Source: Eledone cirrhosa (taxonomy: Eukaryota). From it: a stretch of 64,000 nt of DNA. Position numbers and translations under genes: made by a program. The DNA lies in the NCBI GenBank assembly GCA_964016885.1, contig OZ024743.1, positions 364,560,001-364,624,000 of the forward strand, read 5' to 3'. The notes below the pieces were generated by a model. The model saw only the letters and a list, made by a program, of their open reading frames with translations. It was not told the origin of the DNA and ran no database searches. This document shows positions 59,432 to 64,000 of this stretch, one piece after another. Every line of letters begins with the position of its first letter. Positions within the stretch are counted from its first letter, which is position 1.

Positions 59432-60826
59432 ATCCACCACTCAACTATCATTATGGAAATACTTAAGAAGACATTTAAATGGTACAATTGTTAGAATGTC
59501 AGAATAAATTCTTGCCTTTTATACCAATATGGTCAATACAAGATGCATTCATCTTCTGGGGTTGATTCATGCTCTAATAATCACTATATGAGCTAAGCTT
59601 TTAGGATATTCTTTTACAGGGTACCATGTCTTATTTATATGTAGATTTTGACATAGATTCTAAAGGTGGCTGCTCAGTGATAGCTTAAACTTGCATGGGG
59701 ACCCTGGCTGAAAATATCATTGAGGCCCTTGCCCATTATTTATGGTTGCAAAAAAATTAATTTAGGGTAATTTAAATATTGTAGTGCCATGGCTACAGCC
59801 CAATCACCTTTGTCTTTGATGTGACTGAATAATTATCGTTTGATTGCCAACCACTATACAGAGTGTACTGGGTGCCAACACTAGAGAGGTTGTTATGTCC
59901 TTGACATGACTGAAGAATATTTTCTATTTAAAGAAAAAAGTGTAAATAAAATAAAGTCAAAGAATGTGAGGAAAAATATTTATAAAAAACATCTTATCTA
60001 ACGAAAATTCTTATGCAAGATAAGCTTTAATATAATTCATGTGAACTAATTTTGCTATCAAGAAGAAAACATTTCTACTAGAAAATGAAATAGGACAGTT
60101 AAGGCCTGCATTAACACAGATACTAATGTTTCTTTCTTCTTACTTTATAAAAAAAAAGCTGAAGTTTTGTTTCTTTCCTTCTGTTTTTATGTCTTTTTCC
60201 ATGCTGAGATCTTTTTGCATAGTTTTTTTTAATGCTTTTTTTCTATGACCACAAGGATTGGACTAGTCCTTGAGAGATTTCAGTAGCATATGAGTTTTTC
60301 AATGAGAACAGTTTGCTCCCCTCTTGCTGAAAATTTCTTCATTTAGGAAGAAAGTGATGCTGTCTTTCATGGCACTTCTCATGGTGCTACATAAAGAGTA
60401 AAAGATACATACACATACATACAATATATATATATAATATTATATTTAGAGTTGTAAACTCAAACAGTCTTTTACGATTAATTAGCTCAAAGAAAGAAGC
60501 ATTTCTGAGCCGTGAAATACAAGTTAATATAAATTAATATATGATAAACACATAAGTGTTTGTATTGTAAAAGACGAAGTTAGCTAGAATGAAATAAACT
60601 AATTCAAATAAATATAGTTTGCCTATCTCGATCTAAACTAATAAATCAATAAAAGCAAACCCATATTGGCAAATAGCCGTGGTACCTGGACAAATTTAAA
60701 TTTCAAAATCCAAACCTTTTCCGCAGATCAATCTGAACTTCAAAATCCAAACATGTTTCGCAACGATAGTATAAAAAGTGAAATATTCCAATTCTCTGTG
60801 CTTATCAACAGGTACCCAGAAAAATT

Positions 60827-60830
<4 letters not shown>

Positions 60831-60872
<42 letters not shown>

Positions 60873-60874
60873 AA
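60831..60874. repeat. (GA)n microsatellite
   Basis: Direct reading. Confidence 0.95.
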
Positions 60875-62745
60875 GATTGAAATTGAAAGTCAAATTTGGC
60901 CCTGAGGTGAAACAAATGTCACAAGATATTCTTTCTGAAATCCTGCCATGCTGAGATCGATTTAGTAAATTTTGGGTCTTGAAAATTGTAGACACAGTTT
61001 TTATCAATCATAATAATATCCTATGTGTGTTTCTATATTTATATATATCTCCATTTGTAACTCTTTAAAAATTACACACACAAATATACAACAATGCATT
61101 TCCTATAACAATCATTGCTACCCTAAGAAGTTCACTTTCCATTCACTAGATCCTGGGTTCTAACCCCACATTTTCCCCAGTAAATAGTTAATATTTCACT
61201 GAAGTTACTCATACATTTAATCTTGTATGTCATTTGTACATATATGCTGAACATTTATGTTATTAGTCTGGAAATGAATTATTAAGATATCATTCTTATT
61301 CTTTAATTATTTCCACGTGTCAGTAATCAACATAAACTATAGGGTTTCTCTTATGCTAATCGTTAATTTATCAAAACTCAAATCTCTAGTTTGTATGATT
61401 GTTCACATACCGGGTAATGCTGGTACATATGGCATACAAATCCCAATAGACTGAACAAATAATTACAATACAATGGCCTTATAAATAAAGTTTGAACTCC
61501 TGATCATGTGTTTGACAACTCAGTAATTCATTCATATTCAGTTTTCTTAACGACCACCATACATAGCCACACCTAAAAGTTGCATATAGCTCCTTGGCTC
61601 AGATATGTAACTCTGTTTACCTTATTATTCTTTTACTCAGTAGACTGTTGCCATGTTGGGGCACCTTGAATTTGTTGATCATATCGACCCCAGTACTTAT
61701 TTTTAAAGTCTGGTAGTTATTTTATTGGTCACTTTTTTTGTTGAATCCCTAAGCTATGGGACATCAACCCAGACACAGACACAAGGTGGGATTTACCTAT
61801 TTGTGGGCCCTAGCCAAACTCATCAGTGGGTCCTCAAATTTATAGGAATGTTGGCATGTTTCAGTATACTTATTGTACAGGGGTTTTTATGGTTTTGAAT
61901 ATATTATATAATGAAATACCTGGTGTACACTTGAAACAAATTAGTTTCAGTGGGTCCCCAGATATCTGTGTGCCCTAGGCCAATGGCCTATGCCTATGCC
62001 TATTGGTAAATCCAACCTGTGACGGGCACAGACATTCAGTAGGCTTCTGCAGTTTTCGTCTACCAAATTCCACTCACAAGGCAGTGTTCAACTCAAGAGT
62101 ATAGTAGAAGACATTTGCACAAAGTGCCATGTAGCTGGACTGAACTCAGAAGCAACTGGTTGCGAAGTGAACTCTTTAACCACTTAACCACGTTCACACC
62201 TATATTTTTCTATTAGTTTTGCTTGGAGAATGGAACTAACCCCACAGCTTTTGTCCTTCATCCCCAAGACAAACGTAGACTGGTCTTCAAGGTAAGATTC
62301 ACCCAATTGTTCTTCATAAATAATTACATACACACACATATATATGTATGTTTGTTTGTGTGTGTCCCTGCCTGTGTCAGTGTTTATGTCCCGTAACTTA
62401 ATGGTTCAACAAAAAAGATATCAATAAAATAAGTACCACACTTGAAAATCGCTAGCAGCTCGTCTTACTGAGGTGATGCCCGTAAGGGTGCCTAGTTGTT
62501 TCAGTGCCTTAGCATCGCCATCACCCGTGGTAATGATGCGAGCGTATTGCCTCACCTCAGTGTTTAGTTAACCTTTGTGATGTGATGTGCGGCCGACTGT
62601 CGCACTTGGTGGTAAATTGATGATTGTTTTAGCTCCCCACTTTTTTCTCTTTTATGCGTTTATATTTATAAGTATCGGTAGAGGGTCGGACGCCATGCTT
62701 TGCAGCATTGAATTACGGCCCTTTATGATCCGAGTTTAAATCCCG

Positions 62746-62934
62746 GGCACTACAACGCTATTCAGTCGTGAAAGCAGCCGATGAAAGTAGGCGAAGTTGA
62801 CGTCATTCGCCATCGTTTATTTCCGTATTACTACCACGCGTAAGTGGAGTTTTCACGCGTTTTTTATTTTTTTTATTAAAGCATATCGATGTAAGTGGAG
62901 TTACTTAAATGAAAATATAGGTGGCCCTTAAAAG
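62746..62934 (+). mobile_element. One end of a relative of the Merlin-like MITE, abutting a SINE 5' half (62672-62745)
   Basis: GGCACTACAACGCTATT terminus; shared catcgtttatttccgtattac and cttaaatgaaaatataggtggcccttaaaag blocks. Confidence 0.6.
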
Positions 62935-64000
62935 TAGTTTATATATATGTTGTAAGGTGTTAGTGCCCAACGGCTGAGCGACAAACTCAAGGGCTGACCC
63001 GGGTGATAAACTAGCTACCTCATTGCCTCCCCTCAAAACTATTTTTCTTACCTAGAGAGGAGGATCTTTTATATATATTGTAAAGGAAATCGTGTTATAT
63101 TCATGCTTGCTTAAAAGCTACTGGCTCTCTGTACTGTGAGTTCCAATTTCGATTGATTGGTGGAACTGTGATAGTATCAGACGAGATGCTTTGCGGTGTT
63201 TATAAGGCTCTGTGCGTTTTGAGTTCAAATCCCGCTGTAGCTTAACACAGCTACCTGTCCATTGAGACTGGAGCAATGTCCACATTGTTGCAGGCATCTT
63301 TGGTTTGAGGATACTTTCTCAATTCCCTTCGTTTCACTATTCTACGAGACCTCGAAAAGAGCATGAGCCTACCTGTCCTCTCTGAATAAACAAACAAACA
63401 AAATACAAAACAAAAATAACAACCCTGGAATTGAAACAGTCTGGAATTTGTCTCTGATTATAGTGAAAGTTGACTTACCATTAAAAAATATCTTAGCTTA
63501 TTAGAATATATTCAGATAATTCAAACCTATTTCTGTAATAAATCCTTCGAATGACCGTATCTATGACACACAATGGAGGTGAAATTTGAACTTTCATTAT
63601 AAAGAAAAAAAAAGTAATAATAATAATTTAAAATTATCTGCAGTAATCTCCCTTGATTTTAAGGCCATAACTCTCAACCTCGTTTTCGTTCTTTCTTCCG
63701 GTAGCAAGCACAAGGTAAAGTTCGTTATTAATTTCTCTTCTGGTAAATCGTGTTTAATCTTATTAATAAATAGAAAAATTTTAGGTAAGAAACAATTTAA
63801 TAGCAAGATAAGTTAGTCGTAAGTAATATCTGCTGGGTTGTTTTTTCATATAGCTTTCTGTTTTAGTTATTTTTCGATCGACAACGTGATGTCTGAATCA
63901 CCTATAAAATGTTGATACGTAAAATTCCCGATTGAAAATATTTAAAAATGAAATTTATCTGACTTTGTATATATAATAACGCTTATTCTTGATTTGTGTG

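Noticed and set aside
61782-62021. hAT-like MITE
   Set aside because: Imperfect TIR-like ends but no matching TSD; too weak to list as a feature.
63597-63806. 69-aa minus-strand ORF as a gene
   Set aside because: Non-ATG start, low-complexity end and no recognisable homology; may only be promoter or UTR sequence.

Overview
AT-rich, repeat-dense animal DNA; the SINE/LINE repertoire suggests a coleoid cephalopod such as an octopus, but that is inference. Two host genes are supported, both on the minus strand: coding exon 1 of a DNAJB12/14-type co-chaperone (8355-8487, rest outside the window) and a complete three-coding-exon gamma-glutamylcyclotransferase (GGCT, 170 aa, 51767-58938). A possible orphan 77-aa ORF lies at 44624-44857. 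The rest is mobile DNA: a nearly intact RTE LINE with a PHD-like finger plus several decayed copies, CR1-like, CRE-clade and R4-like LINE remnants, Penelope-like (PLE) remnants, tRNA-derived SINEs, a Buster-type hAT element with a perfect TSD nested in a LINE, and Merlin/piggyBac/mariner-type MITEs. Most notable: (i) a 37 x 45-bp array that amplifies what looks like the GIY-YIG motif of a PLE, whose only polymorphism is synonymous in that frame; (ii) five minimal hammerhead-ribozyme-like motifs near (TA)n tracts or PLE remnants; (iii) long fold-back hairpins, one inside a GGCT intron; (iv) repeated insertion at (TA)n tracts. All calls come from reading the sequence by eye; no database searches or folding programs were run.
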